Assembly (NCBI RefSeq): GCF_000372725.1
Contig: NW_005202428.1
Span: 915,331-979,330, forward strand
Length of the DNA stretch: 64,000 bases
Reading direction: 5' to 3'
Origin: Emiliania huxleyi CCMP1516
Lineage: Eukaryota
Under the pieces are notes generated by a model that saw only the letters and a program-made list of their open reading frames with translations, was not told the origin of the DNA and ran no database searches. A program made the position numbers and the translations under genes. How positions within the stretch are numbered: the first letter of the stretch is position 1; every line of letters begins with the position of its first letter. This document shows positions 51,437-62,613 of this stretch, piece by piece.

Positions 51437-52800
51437 CTAAAACCGGCTCGTGAGGTGGGTGCCGGTGTGATCGATAGCGCGGCCTAGCGTCCTCACCTCG
51501 AGGGGCGGAATGGAGAGAGTCGATGAAGACGCCGACGCCCCGCTCGACCGGAGCGGCTGCGGCTTGAGCTCACGGAAGATCCAAGCCACACACGCCTCTG
51601 TGCCGAACTCGTGCAGCGCTGCGCGCACGGCGTGCGAGGTCGGATAGCCCATCGCCCGCAGGGAGTGAACCACGGCCGGGTCAGGGACGAGCTGAACGGT
51701 GCCCGGGGCGGAGGCCGGGTCATGCGCGATCTGCACCTGCGAGCCGGGCATGCACTCGGCAGGCAGAGCTCGGAACCAGATGGACGTGCCGTTTGGCGCT
51801 GCGATCGTCAGCTGCTGCCCGAGTACCGCATCGGGAGGTATCGTCGCAAAGAAGTGGGACTGCTGCGGGGACTGTGGCTGCGGCTGCGGCTGTACTGGGG
51901 CCTGCAGCTGCGGTGCCGTGGCCGGGCTCTTGACCGCGTCAGAAGCGGAGGCAGCGGCCGCCTCGATAGCGGCCCGAAGCGCTCGCTGCGAGAGGCGGAA
52001 CCCGCGCTTGGTCCGCAGGACTCGCAGCGTGTCGCCCGGGTCCGCACCTGCGTCGAGCAGCAACTTCACGCACTTCGCGTGCCCGGCGGCGGCGGCAGCG
52101 GCGAGCGCGTCGCACGGGCGGCGGCCCGACGCGGTGGGTCGCGTGTCCACAGACGCGCCCGCCTGCAGCAGCTGCCTCACGGCGTCCGCACGGCCCTTCT
52201 TGCTCGCGATGAAGAGCGGCGTGCGCGCCCGCTCCATGGCCGACTCGGCCGGCATCTGCCAGTTCACAGGCGAACCCCCTTTCAGATGCGGCTGGAGGTC
52301 CTCGCCTCGAGCCGCCGCCCAGTAGAGGCGCGCGCCTTGAGCCGCCGCGACTTGCAGGTCAACCAAAGCAGCCGCCTCCTCCGCCTCCGCCGCCGCCGCC
52401 ACCCTCCTCACCTCCTCTGCCTCCGCCGCCGCCTCCGCCGCCGCTGCTGCCTCCACCACCCTCCTCACCTCCTCTTCCTCCGCCGCGTCCGCCGCCGCCG
52501 CCGCCGCCGCCGCCCTCCTCACCTCCTCTCCCACCGCCGCCTCCGCCACCTCCGCCGCCGCCGCCACCCTCCTCACCTCCTCTTCCACCGCCGCCGCCTC
52601 TTCCGCCTCCGCCGCCGCTGCCACCTTCCTCGCCTCCGCCGCCTCCGCCGCCTCCACCACCGCCAGCAACGACGTCTCGTCGACACCACCCGCCGCCTCT
52701 GCACACGCCTCCTCTGCCGCCTCCGCCGACGTCTCCGCCGCGAAGCGCCTTGCTATCTCCAACTCAAAGGGCTCAACTGCTAGTGCGGCCGGAGCTGCCA
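51437..52800 (-). CDS. Ankyrin-repeat protein with UBA-like C-terminus, 5' start missing
   Basis: TPLFIASKKGRADAVRQLLQAGA, AAAAGHAKCVKLLLDAGAD and VHSLRAMGYPTSHAVRAAL..ACVAWI. Confidence 0.65.
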
Positions 52801-54003
52801 GCCCAAGTGGTGGACCCCGTTCGAGGAGACGCGACCACGCAGCAGAGCGGGTCCGCAAGGACCAAGCAGTATCTTTCGTATCAGCCAAACGGGGGCACGT
52901 TCAACCAGCTCTTTCAGCTCAAGACGGCAGTCCAAATGGCGCGTACTGCGGGAAGGACCCTGATCCTGCCACCCGTGCTGTCCACCTCGATGCCAATCTT
53001 TGCCGCATGGAGAGATGCGCCGACGGCGCCCCGGACCTGCACCGCGGAGCTGGCCAACACCCCGACAGTGGATTTCGCGGGGAGTCCGCACATTCCGCTC
53101 GAATCGTTGATCGAGACGGGCAAGCTCGGGGTGGCGACTATTGCACATGACGAGGCCCTTGCGCTTCTCCCCAGGCTGACGAAGCTGTCGCTGGCGTGGT
53201 CGCACAGGTGCAACACGAGGTGGTCGTTCCCGCAGAAGGTGTTCAACTACTCGGCCGCGAGACGAGTCCCGCCACGCGCGCAGTACGCGCTCTGCAGGGC
53301 GGAGCCAGAGTGGAGCAGGCAGTGCTACCCGTACTTTGAGGCGACTGACCCCGCCAATCGGCCAACGAGCCAGTACATCGCGGTTCGCAGCATGTGCTGC
53401 TTGGTCAACCCTACGTCCTATGTTGACGTGCTACAGTTTGGCACCCTCCCTTTCACCACCCGCGACGGGGCGTTCTTTCCGGGGTTCAAGCCCACAGCGC
53501 CCATCCACTCCGCCGCTGCCGAAGCAATGAGGCGAATACGCTCCTGGAGCGGCGGCTACCATTGCGTGCAGCTGCGCCTCTCGGGATCCGAGTGGGAGCA
53601 GGAGCGGTCGCCCTTCATCCCAAGACGCGCCGCCACCCTCGCGCGCGGGCTCAGTTTCGTCAAGACGTTGCCTGCTGATGGGGCGCCCGTGTATGTGTGC
53701 ACAGACAACATCAAGATTGCACAAACCTTTCTCTCGAAGCACGAGCCCTCGCGGCGATTTGTGTACGGCTCAGAATTTCAGGAGCTGAAAGCGACGCTCC
53801 CGTACCCGCAGCAAGTAGCACTCTTCGATGCGATCGTGTGCAGCGGGGCGCTGGAGGTCTCGGTCAGCAACGGATCGTCGCTGGGCGCGTACGTGTGGTT
53901 CAAGCACCATCGCAACCATGTCGAAAAGAGCGGACAATCGAGACCCGGAGAACAACCCCAACCTGCCGCGCAAAAGCCCAATAATGTTGCACGTGGTGCG
54001 TGA
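52750..54003 (+). CDS. O-fucosyltransferase-like (GT-B) protein, N-terminus missing
   Basis: YLSYQPNGGTFNQL..A..AGRTLILPP, CVQLR, VYVCTD and DAIVCS..GSSLG. Confidence 0.65.
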   Translation: MLSPTQRAQLLVRPELPAQVVDPVRGDATTQQSGSARTKQYLSYQPNGGTFNQLFQLKTAVQMARTAGRTLILPPVLSTSMPIFAAWRDAPTAPRTCTAELANTPTVDFAGSPHIPLESLIETGKLGVATIAHDEALALLPRLTKLSLAWSHRCNTRWSFPQKVFNYSAARRVPPRAQYALCRAEPEWSRQCYPYFEATDPANRPTSQYIAVRSMCCLVNPTSYVDVLQFGTLPFTTRDGAFFPGFKPTAPIHSAAAEAMRRIRSWSGGYHCVQLRLSGSEWEQERSPFIPRRAATLARGLSFVKTLPADGAPVYVCTDNIKIAQTFLSKHEPSRRFVYGSEFQELKATLPYPQQVALFDAIVCSGALEVSVSNGSSLGAYVWFKHHRNHVEKSGQSRPGEQPQPAAQKPNNVARGA

Positions 54004-54186
54004 GTAGTATGTTAAAACTAAGTTACTGCTAAATAAATTAAAGGGACACGCCAAAACTAACGTCTCTGTCCGTGCCATTTGATTGCTAAGTCCTCTTTTT
54101 CGGCTGAAAAAGAATTTACGCGCGTGAAAAAGAAATTGCTCTGGCGTGCCTATCTTTGCATCGCACCCCCCCACACCGAGACGGCA

Positions 54187-54783
54187 ATGATTTTGCTCTC
54201 TGCTTTCCCGATGATGCTGCAGCCCGCCGCGCGGCCGGCGGTCGTGCGCGCGCCCTCTCGCTGCACGCCGCCAGTCCGCTGCCTGTCGGAGATGGAGTGG
54301 CGGCGGCAGCAGGACGCAAAGACCAAAAGGCAGGGCGCTGATGCAGCCGCGCCGAGTCCGGTGAATGGCACGGCAACGCCGCGGCGGGCGTCGAACCTCG
54401 CAACCGACGTGGACAAGATTGAGATGTTTGGCGCCGTGGGCGGCGGCACCCTCACTCGTCAGGACCTCGAGGACTCGCGCAAGAACATCAACCCGGTCGG
54501 TTTAGCCGAGGAGCGGCTGACGGCGGTGCTGGACGAGGCGGGCGGCGTGCCGCCGGAGGCGGCGGTCAGCTTGCTTAAGCTCGCGATCCGCGACGCGACG
54601 CAGGCCGGCGTGCACGAGCGCTCGCCGCAGATGCGGAAAGCGCAGCAGCTGCTCTCTGCGATTGCGCTCGCCGCGTCCGCTGCTCCGGGCAAGGTGGCGG
54701 ACGCGGCCGAGCAGGAGAGGGAAAGTAAGCTGGGCGCGCTATTTGACGAGGGGTATTCCTTTGACCTGCCTGACGAGATCTGA
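54187..54783 (+). CDS. Hypothetical protein with presequence-like N-terminus
   Basis: Intronless ORF with strong GC3 bias after an AT-rich leader. Confidence 0.55.
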   Translation: MILLSAFPMMLQPAARPAVVRAPSRCTPPVRCLSEMEWRRQQDAKTKRQGADAAAPSPVNGTATPRRASNLATDVDKIEMFGAVGGGTLTRQDLEDSRKNINPVGLAEERLTAVLDEAGGVPPEAAVSLLKLAIRDATQAGVHERSPQMRKAQQLLSAIALAASAAPGKVADAAEQERESKLGALFDEGYSFDLPDEI

Positions 54784-55486
54784 GGTAGGCGAGAAGGCAC
54801 CGGGAGAAGAGGCCACCGCTTTTCTCACTGCTTTTGGCGTGCACGTGACTGTCGGGGCGTGCGAGAGTAGAGGAGTAGTAAGGAACTGTGCTCTTGAACA
54901 CTAAGATTGGTATTGAACATATTGAACACTAAGGATGTTTACACGTGGCAGCGTGCCGGGAAGCGGTTACGCACAAGGACGGCGCAGCGCGCGGAGCTCT
55001 GTGGGCCACACAGCTCACCTGACACGTGACACCTCTCTGGTGGTGTCTCGACTCGGGGGTCTGCGCGTATGTTGGCCTCGAGGCGGATTGCTCGCTCTCC
55101 GCGGCGGTCGACGTGGCCAACACGTCTTAGGCCACCGTGAGGGCAGGTGGCGCGCTACCTGCAGGTCGTGGCCTGGCTGATGACCGGCGCTGATATGTGT
55201 GTGGAGTGTGCCGAACGAAATGGCTAAGTCACATGGCTCCAGATTTCTGACACTAACACGCCTGGGGTTACAGTCCTGGGGGCCCACTGCCGCAGTCTGG
55301 GCGCTGGGGCAACAAACTCACAACTCTCTATGTGTGGCGCTCTAGAAGTGGCTCTGCGGCTCTAGCCTTAGCCAAGCAGTGGCGGCGCGGCGGTGGGTAG
55401 AGCCGAGGTGGCCTCGAATTTGGCATCGGGCCAGCGGGCGGTGCGAGCCCGTGATGTGTGGCTGCAGTAGAAGCGGCGTGGGAGCG

Positions 55487-55873
55487 CTAGCACGAGAATT
55501 CGTTCTTCTTTACCCAATTGCATTTCGCTTGATAGGTGTACTCGGGGAGGGGCGCCCAGACACACCCCGACAGCTCGCTGCCTGTATGGCCAGAGTTTTC
55601 GTTGCAGTAGTCGGACTTGCGGCGATACATCTTGGCCTCCGAAGCCGTCCAGATTCCTTCGTCTTCATCCCACTGACTCTTTCGAATATAGACATTGCCC
55701 TTGTCGTTACAGACGGGCTGGTCGAACTCGTACTCGCAGTTCTCATGATTTGCGCCGACGCCGTAGCCCGTTGCGAAGCCGATGCAGCTGAGCGTGATCA
55801 TATCGCACCGCGGCCAGCCCACAGCCGGCTCGATGCGAGCCGGAACGTGCAACACTCGATGCGACCACTCCAA
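55487..55873 (-). CDS. Possible small Cys/Trp-rich protein or fragment
   Basis: Lower-GC ORF with a natural-looking composition (NCEYEFDQPVCNDKGNVY..). No family recognised. Confidence 0.3.
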   Translation of the reverse strand: MEWSHRVLHVPARIEPAVGWPRCDMITLSCIGFATGYGVGANHENCEYEFDQPVCNDKGNVYIRKSQWDEDEGIWTASEAKMYRRKSDYCNENSGHTGSELSGCVWAPLPEYTYQAKCNWVKKNEFSC

Positions 55874-56236
55874 TCCACCCCCGGATACACGGCTAAGAGC
55901 CTAACACGATCGTATAAGACGGACGACCCGCTGGATTCGCCCAACTTTTTTCTTTGAAAAATTTCTGCAGCATTCGCGCCGAGGAGTACAGATACTGCAA
56001 CCACACAACGATGGGGCAGAGTTCATAGATGAGGACCGAGCGTGTGTGTGGGGAGCGTCCGTCTCGCGCGCGGGCCATACGCTAAAAATCTCTTTTTGTT
56101 TTTCTCGTTTTTGCGTGTCTTCTTGCGGCATTTATCTGCCTTACCAATACATAAATACCTCGCTCCTCCTGCTTGCGTCATCAAATACATCGCTCCGGTG
56201 CTGTTCACAACTCCAGATCCTCCGCGTGCATTCGCA

Positions 56237-58379
56237 TCAAATTGGTACCGCGCGCAAACGCATGCAGACGCACCGCCACCCCTCGAGGAGCGCGACGGAG
56301 AGGAGTGCGCCGGAGAGCAGGCAGCTGGCGAGCAGCAGCCACTCCGTCCCGCCGCCCCACGCCCCAACGACCCACCCCGACGAGCGAGCGGTGCCCTCGC
56401 GCAAGCGCACGAGCACAGCCAGGGCCGCCTGCACGACGCCACGCTGAGGCGCAGCGCACGCTCGCGCCATCTCCGCCGCCGCGACCGCCGTTGCCGCCGC
56501 CGCCGCCGCCGCCGCTGCCGACGCGTTGATGCGCAGTTGTGGCGGGAGCGACGCCCCGAGAGCGGCAGCCTCCTGCCCCGAGGCCGCGTCGAGGGTGCAG
56601 TCCGCAGCACGGAAGCCGATGCGGCGGTTGAGGCGGTCGAAGATGACCTGCGTGATGCGTGCACCAAAGAGGGGGGGGGGGGGGTATTGAGCCGTGTATT
56701 GAGAGCACCGCGTGAGTACGAGGGCTATGCGTACAGCGAGTACAGAGGAATACATACAGCGGAGTAGGTGTCATCTCGAGTGCTGCTCGAGTGGCCAGCG
56801 AACCTCGCGGTACATCATGTTGATTGCGCCTGCGGGAGAGGGCGGGGTGAAGGGTGGGGGCGGGGTGGGGGCGGGGTGGGTGGGGCGGGGGGCGTGGGTG
56901 GGGGTGGGTGGCGAGAGGCGCGCCGAGGACGAGCGCCCGCTCGTAGTTGTTGAAGACTCCCATGCAGTATTGGCCCGCATCCTCGGCAGCGTAAAAGTAG
57001 GCGGAGGGCGGCATCGAGAGCGTCGCGCCGGGGAGAACGACGGTGACGTTGTCGTAGCAGCGGTCGAGCAGCGCCAAGGAGCCGCCGAACGGCAGCCGGA
57101 CGCAAAACTCGTCCGAGGGCGCCGCGGCGGGCTTGAGCGTGACACAGCGGCGCGCGCGCATGGCTGCGAGCAGGGGCAGGAAGGCGGCCGAGTGCAAGTA
57201 CATGAATGTTGTCCCAGAGTCGACGATTGTCGCTGCGGGCGGCTCCTTGGGCGCGAGAGCCGTGGCGCCCAGCTGGATGCGCTGCAGCTGCACGCCGTAG
57301 AAGGAGTCCCCCTTGGCCGCCGTCCAAGAAGTTGCGCGGCGCGGGTCGGACCGCGGAGGCCCGAGAGTGAGAGTGCCTCTCCGGCCGCACATGCAGAGCG
57401 CAAAGACGTTGGCCACGCGCCGCTGCGAGACGAGCTCCTCCAGCACCGTCGGCAGCGTGCGGTCTGGCTCGAAAACGCCATCGACGTCGCGCTGCGTCGC
57501 GCTGATCCCGTCCGCCCGGCCAACCTCCGCCCGGTCGCCGCGCCGTAGCTGGTCGAGCAGGCGCCGACCGTCCAAACCGCGCCCCTCGCCACGGACCGCA
57601 CGCTGGGCCGCGCCCCCGGAGCGCGCCTTCTGTCCCTTGGCGTCGCGGCGCCGCCCGGCCGCTGACCAGCCGTCGGCCCGCCGCGCCGTCGCGGTGCCGT
57701 GCGAGAGCGAGGAGGCGAGGCCCATGATGCCGTCCGCCTGCTGCGAGCGGAAGAGGCCTGTCTCGGCCGTGGAGCAGGCAAAGGCGAAGCTGAAGGAGGC
57801 GCAGCGCGGCTGCGGCGCCGCCCGCGCCAGCGCGCGGCCACGCCGTCCGCCATCGCGCTCTAGCCGCTCGTTAGGGCTCAGTGCAGGCAGCGGGAAATGG
57901 AGGAGGTCCCGCCCGAGGAAGCCGGAGTAGGAGGAGCCTTCTTGGTACGACACGGAGTAGGAGCAGGTGTGCTTCTGGCACGAGGTGCACTGTGGCGCCT
58001 CCGAGCACGGCACGCGCGCGAACGTGTGCGACGACTCGGGGTCGAACCGTGCGTTGGCATGCCTGCCGCAACGGTCGCACCCGGCGCACACGATCGCTGT
58101 GACGGAGGAGCCGGTGTCGACTATCAGCGAGAAGGGCCGCGGCGGCGTCCCAATGTGCAGGACGACGGCGTAGTAGCCCGAGCCCACGAGGTCGCCGGAG
58201 AGCGGCAGCACGGCGTTATTAGGCAACGTGTCCGTGCTGGAGTCAGACAGCCGGCGCTGCTCGCTGCCCTCGGTCGCGTTGTGCAAAGCGGCAGCCCGTC
58301 GGTCTAATCGTAGGCGCGCCTCTCGCAGCTGCCGCGGATGAGAGCTGTGGTGGTGCTCTAGCGGTAACACTATGGACAT
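56237..58379 (-). CDS. Pepsin-family (A1) aspartic protease with C-terminal TM (plasmepsin V/ASP5-like)
   Basis: IGTPPRPFSLIVDTGSS, CAGCDRCGRH, YQEGSS, ADGIMGL, IVDSGTT, VLGA, VIFDRLNRRIGF..C and a hydrophobic tail. Confidence 0.9.
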
Positions 58380-59899
58380 GCTGCTGCTGCTGCGCCCCGA
58401 GTCACGCAAGCGAGTGACACACTTGCCAAAAAGACGAGAAACGCGGCACTCCAAGTGCTCCAAGTGCGGCCCGCCGCGGACTGCACCAACACACACCACG
58501 GGAGCCGCCTGAGCGACTCCTGCGAGGGCGGCGAGGCACTTAGCTCCGTGCACTCGAGCGACCGCCCTCGCCGCACAGGCTACAAGCTCTCAAAACTCAA
58601 ATTCACGTTGCGGAGGCCGGAAGAAGAACGACTGAGATACGTTGCTGGTTGCCCTAGGCCTTGCCAATTCTTCGCGTAGAAGAAACGCAACAAAAACAAC
58701 TAAAAAAGGTGAACGCGCGATGCCCAGCCGCTGCGGCTCGGCATTTTAACACACTTGAGCACTTGAGCGGTCAGACACAGTCTCCCCTGGGTTGGACACA
58801 AACACAAATGGCGTGCCCTTCCGGGTCCGCGAGGCGCAGCTGTGCTCATCTCTCCCTCGTCGTCGTATCATTCGTAATCCGTTCATGTTCCTTGCACTGT
58901 CGGCGGCGAATGGATGATGAGCAGCGACTGCGCGAGAGACGATGAGTGAAAGCGCGGCGGGGCTAGAGTTGCTTGGACGCGTGTGTGGCTGGCGCCGCTC
59001 TCGTGGCCACTGGCAGCAGCGTTCGGGATGTGGTCTGAGCCAGCCTCGAGCTATGTCGTGTCCGCTCCGGGTCGTTCAGCCGTGCGCACCCACAGCACAC
59101 GCCCGCGCGAAGGTGAGCAGGTTGTGGCGCAAAGCCGCACACGGCATCATCTCCATGCACAATCGTCTTACCCTGGCCTACTTCGCTTTTGGGGCGGCGA
59201 GATGCCAAAGAGGGCCAGGGTCTTTTCTCGCTGCACGTCGGCTTCGGTTGGGCTGGCCTGGGCCTCGGGCCGCTGCGTCGCGGCCCGCTGGCTTCCGTTC
59301 AGCAGCCACCACGTAGCGCAGATGCACATCCCCGCGAACAGCAGAAGGAGGTTGAGAAAGGCGCTTCGGTACCAGTCCAGAGCGCGGCGCAGCTCGAGAA
59401 TTTCCTGCGATGCGGGGACGCGCGGTGGGCGGCGGTGTCTCTCAGCGTATGGCCGGCCGGTGCGTACATATCTCCCGCGAGGCTCATCTATGGCCGACTC
59501 GCCCTCAGCTCGAGGCTGCAGTCGTTGTCCTCGTTGCCAAAGCCTCGCTGAATGAGGCGCTGGGTGCACGCGAGGAGGACCGCTGCGGTCGCCACCATTG
59601 CAACCAACCGCTTCCTCTCCAGAGGCCACTTGCTGCTGCTCCTCCATGCCGACGCCACCCACGCGGCGGCCGCCGCCGCTGCCGCCGCCGTGGGCCCCTG
59701 CACGCCCGAGCGGCACATGGGCGGGGCGTCGCCGAGGGCACCCACGCTTGCTGCCCTTCCTGCCCTCCGCACAGCGCCGAGCCCGCTTGCTTGCGTGGCG
59801 AACAACACACGCCACCCAGTCAGCAGCAATCAGTGGACGGACGCAACACACCCCGTCGTTGCGACGATTTTCCAGTTATTGGTCAAGCTTTTTTCCAGT

Positions 59900-60900
59900 G
59901 TACGTACGTACTTATAGCTTACTGGGAGAAAAGAGAGAGGGGGTTGTGTTCTCTAGGCCCCTAAGGGCCCTACGCGCGGCGTGAGAGCTCGGAAGCGAGC
60001 TTTGCACGGCGATCGAGGATGGCACGGTTCACCCCCTTCACCGAAGCGATGGAGATGCGTTCCGCGTGGTGTGACACAAATGAGAGGCGGGAGTGGGGAG
60101 GGTACGCGGTGCGGTCAACGCCCGAGCGTTGAGCCTTGCGCGCAAGGCGGTTGATCTTTGCAACTGCTGGCGGCGAGAAGCCGCCGCCGAATGTCTCGTG
60201 GAGAAGCAGGTTGAACTTGTTGCGTTTGGTGAAGATCCCATCATGGTAGTGGCCACGCTGTGACTTGACGTAGCCTTGGCCGGTGGTGTGGTCGAACGCC
60301 CGTTGACCACGGAACCCGCGTTGCTTGCAGCCCATGTTTGCAAGGCGGGCGCGCTCTTCGGTGTTGCCGAAGGCGAACTTGTCTCCAACGGAGCCGGGGT
60401 TGCCTCCGGTGTCGGCGCGGCCGACCCCAACGGGCAAGCCACCCCGGAGGGGGGTCCAAAGTTTGACCTCACTGATCTCGTCTTTGCCCCCGGGAGCCTC
60501 GCCCGGTTCAGCCAGGTCGGTCTTGTAGCCCTCGTTGAACTGTTTGGTGAGTTCTGGTTTTTCGGCATCTCCCATAACGGGCCGGGAGACGGAGACGGCG
60601 TGGACACAATCGTACCAGGCGCGAAGTACGCCGTCGTGTGGGCGCCGCCGGGCGGCGTTGTTGAGGAACCAGTCGCCATGGTAGTCCTTTGCACCACCGA
60701 CTGTGTCCCCAAGCTCGAGTGCCCGCGTGACAGTCGAGCGGCACTGCGAGAGGTGAAGGCCGTTTCGGCGCTGAAGCTCGCCGATGAATATGTCGTCTGG
60801 AATGCATGTGGCATTGCTGCCGTCGAGTTTTGTGTCGAGCCACCGCCCCGCGTAAGGCTGCGCAGTTGAGACGTAGCGGATGGACTCGCGTAGACGTATT
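59900..60900 (-). mobile_element. 3' remnant of a CRE-like non-LTR retrotransposon (restriction-like endonuclease region)
   Basis: AQPYAGRWL, FIGELQRRNGL, DYHGDW..RRPHDGV, KTDLAE..SEVKLWTP and LLHETFGG..ERISIA occur in the order typical of CRE-clade C-termini. No RT is seen upstream. Confidence 0.7.
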
Positions 60901-62438
60901 CTGCAAAGGGGTGTGAACGGAGAGAGCAAACTCCTGGCAGCTCCCACAGTCGAAATGTGCGCCAGCTGCCCGCTCACCTGTGTCACGCCGCCGCGCACGC
61001 ACCTCGCTATGTGCTCGCGCGAGCTCCCGCCCGAGCCTCCAGCTCGGTTTCCCACTGCTGCGGAGCCGATCGCTTTTCCTCGGCGCTCGCGTCGAGCCGA
61101 GCTCTCGGCACTCTACGGCGGGCGTCGCTGTGCGGGGCGCCCGTTTCCTGCTGGCCCGAGCGGAAAGCTCCACGTGCCCGCGCGAGCTCCGGGCCGAGCC
61201 TCCAGCTCGGCGTCCCACTGCTGAGGAGCCGATCGTCGTCCGTCGGTGCTCTCGAGGAGCCGAGCTCCTTGGCCTGCGGCCGGCGACGCTGCAGGACGGC
61301 GCGCGCGCACCCCCCCCTCCCTCACCCGCGCGCTCTTCCGCCGGGGGTGCACACGCACCCCTCGCCCCGGAGCTCTTCCGCGGCGCAGCCCCCCCCCCCC
61401 CCTCCCTCGATCTCGCGGCGAGAGCACGAGCGCGCCGTCCCCCGGCGACGCGCCGCCACGCTCTTCCTTAGGTCGTCCTCCGAGATATCGGTGCCGGACC
61501 GGCGGGGCGGGGGCGGGGTGGCGTCGGAGCAAGTGTCTCGGCCTTCGGTCGACGGAGCGGCGACCCGCGAGTACGCTTCGTGGGCGCCCGACGAGGGTGG
61601 TGCTGCTGTCGCTCTGCCGCGTGCGCAGGCGTGCGCAGGCGTGCCGAGGTCTCGCGACGGCACTCAGCCCTTCGCTGGGCGTGTGGGACGCCGGGTACGA
61701 CGAGCACGGCTTCTGGTCCGTCGAGGCTGCCCGCGCGGCGCGCGACGCGGCGGCGGCGCTTGCGCTGGACGCCGCCGACGGCGGCGCGGGGGCGGCGCGG
61801 GGGCGGCAGGCGCGGGGGCGGCAGCCGGCCCAGCGGGTCGCGGCCCTCCGCCCCCGCGGCGTCGTTGGAGGGCGAGCACCTCGAGTACCTACGGCGGCGG
61901 GGTGCGCCGTGGGGCGAGCCGCCCGTCGCGGGCGCCGCCGCGCCGCCGGAAGGGGCGAGGCGGCGAGCGAGGATCGTCGACTTTTGGCCGGGGGGCGCTC
62001 TCGACACTTACCGGCTGAGGTCACGTCGTCGGGCGCGTCGACGGGCTGGTTGGCCATGGTCCGCACGGCGGGGCGGCTGCGCCGCCAGGACTCGCGCGTC
62101 GCTGCACGCGGCCTGCAGAAGGAATGACAGCTCGGCGGCAAGGCTTTTCTTGCGCCGGGACGGCTAGGCTTTTTGTGAGACGCCGCTCGCGGAAATCGAG
62201 GAAGGCTTGGACTTTTCTTTTCTTGGGAAACGGGAGTGTTGGTTTAGAAGAGGCTGGCCAGCGACTGGACACACCGGCATGCGATGGGGGGACGCAAGCA
62301 AGGACGGGGATTGGAGGTTGTAGAGAGATATTTAACTTTTAAGCACAGCTCGAGGCGAAATAAAATTAGAAAGAATTGTACTCCCCGGCCCTGGATGTGA
62401 GGTTAATGACTGCACTCCAAGTGCTCCAAGTACTCCCT

Positions 62439-62442
<4 letters not shown>

Positions 62443-62521
<79 letters not shown>

Positions 62522-62556
62522 AACCGTCTCACTCAAAATCTCTCTCTTTCTATCTC

Positions 62557-62598
<42 letters not shown>

Positions 62599-62613
62599 GT
62601 CTCTCTCTCTCTC
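62443..62613. repeat. (CT)n microsatellite
   Basis: Seen directly. Confidence 0.95.

Noticed and set aside
61021..62130. Degenerate ~165-bp duplication and peptide-like plus-strand frames
   Set aside because: No consistent frame or recognisable domain, so it cannot be called.
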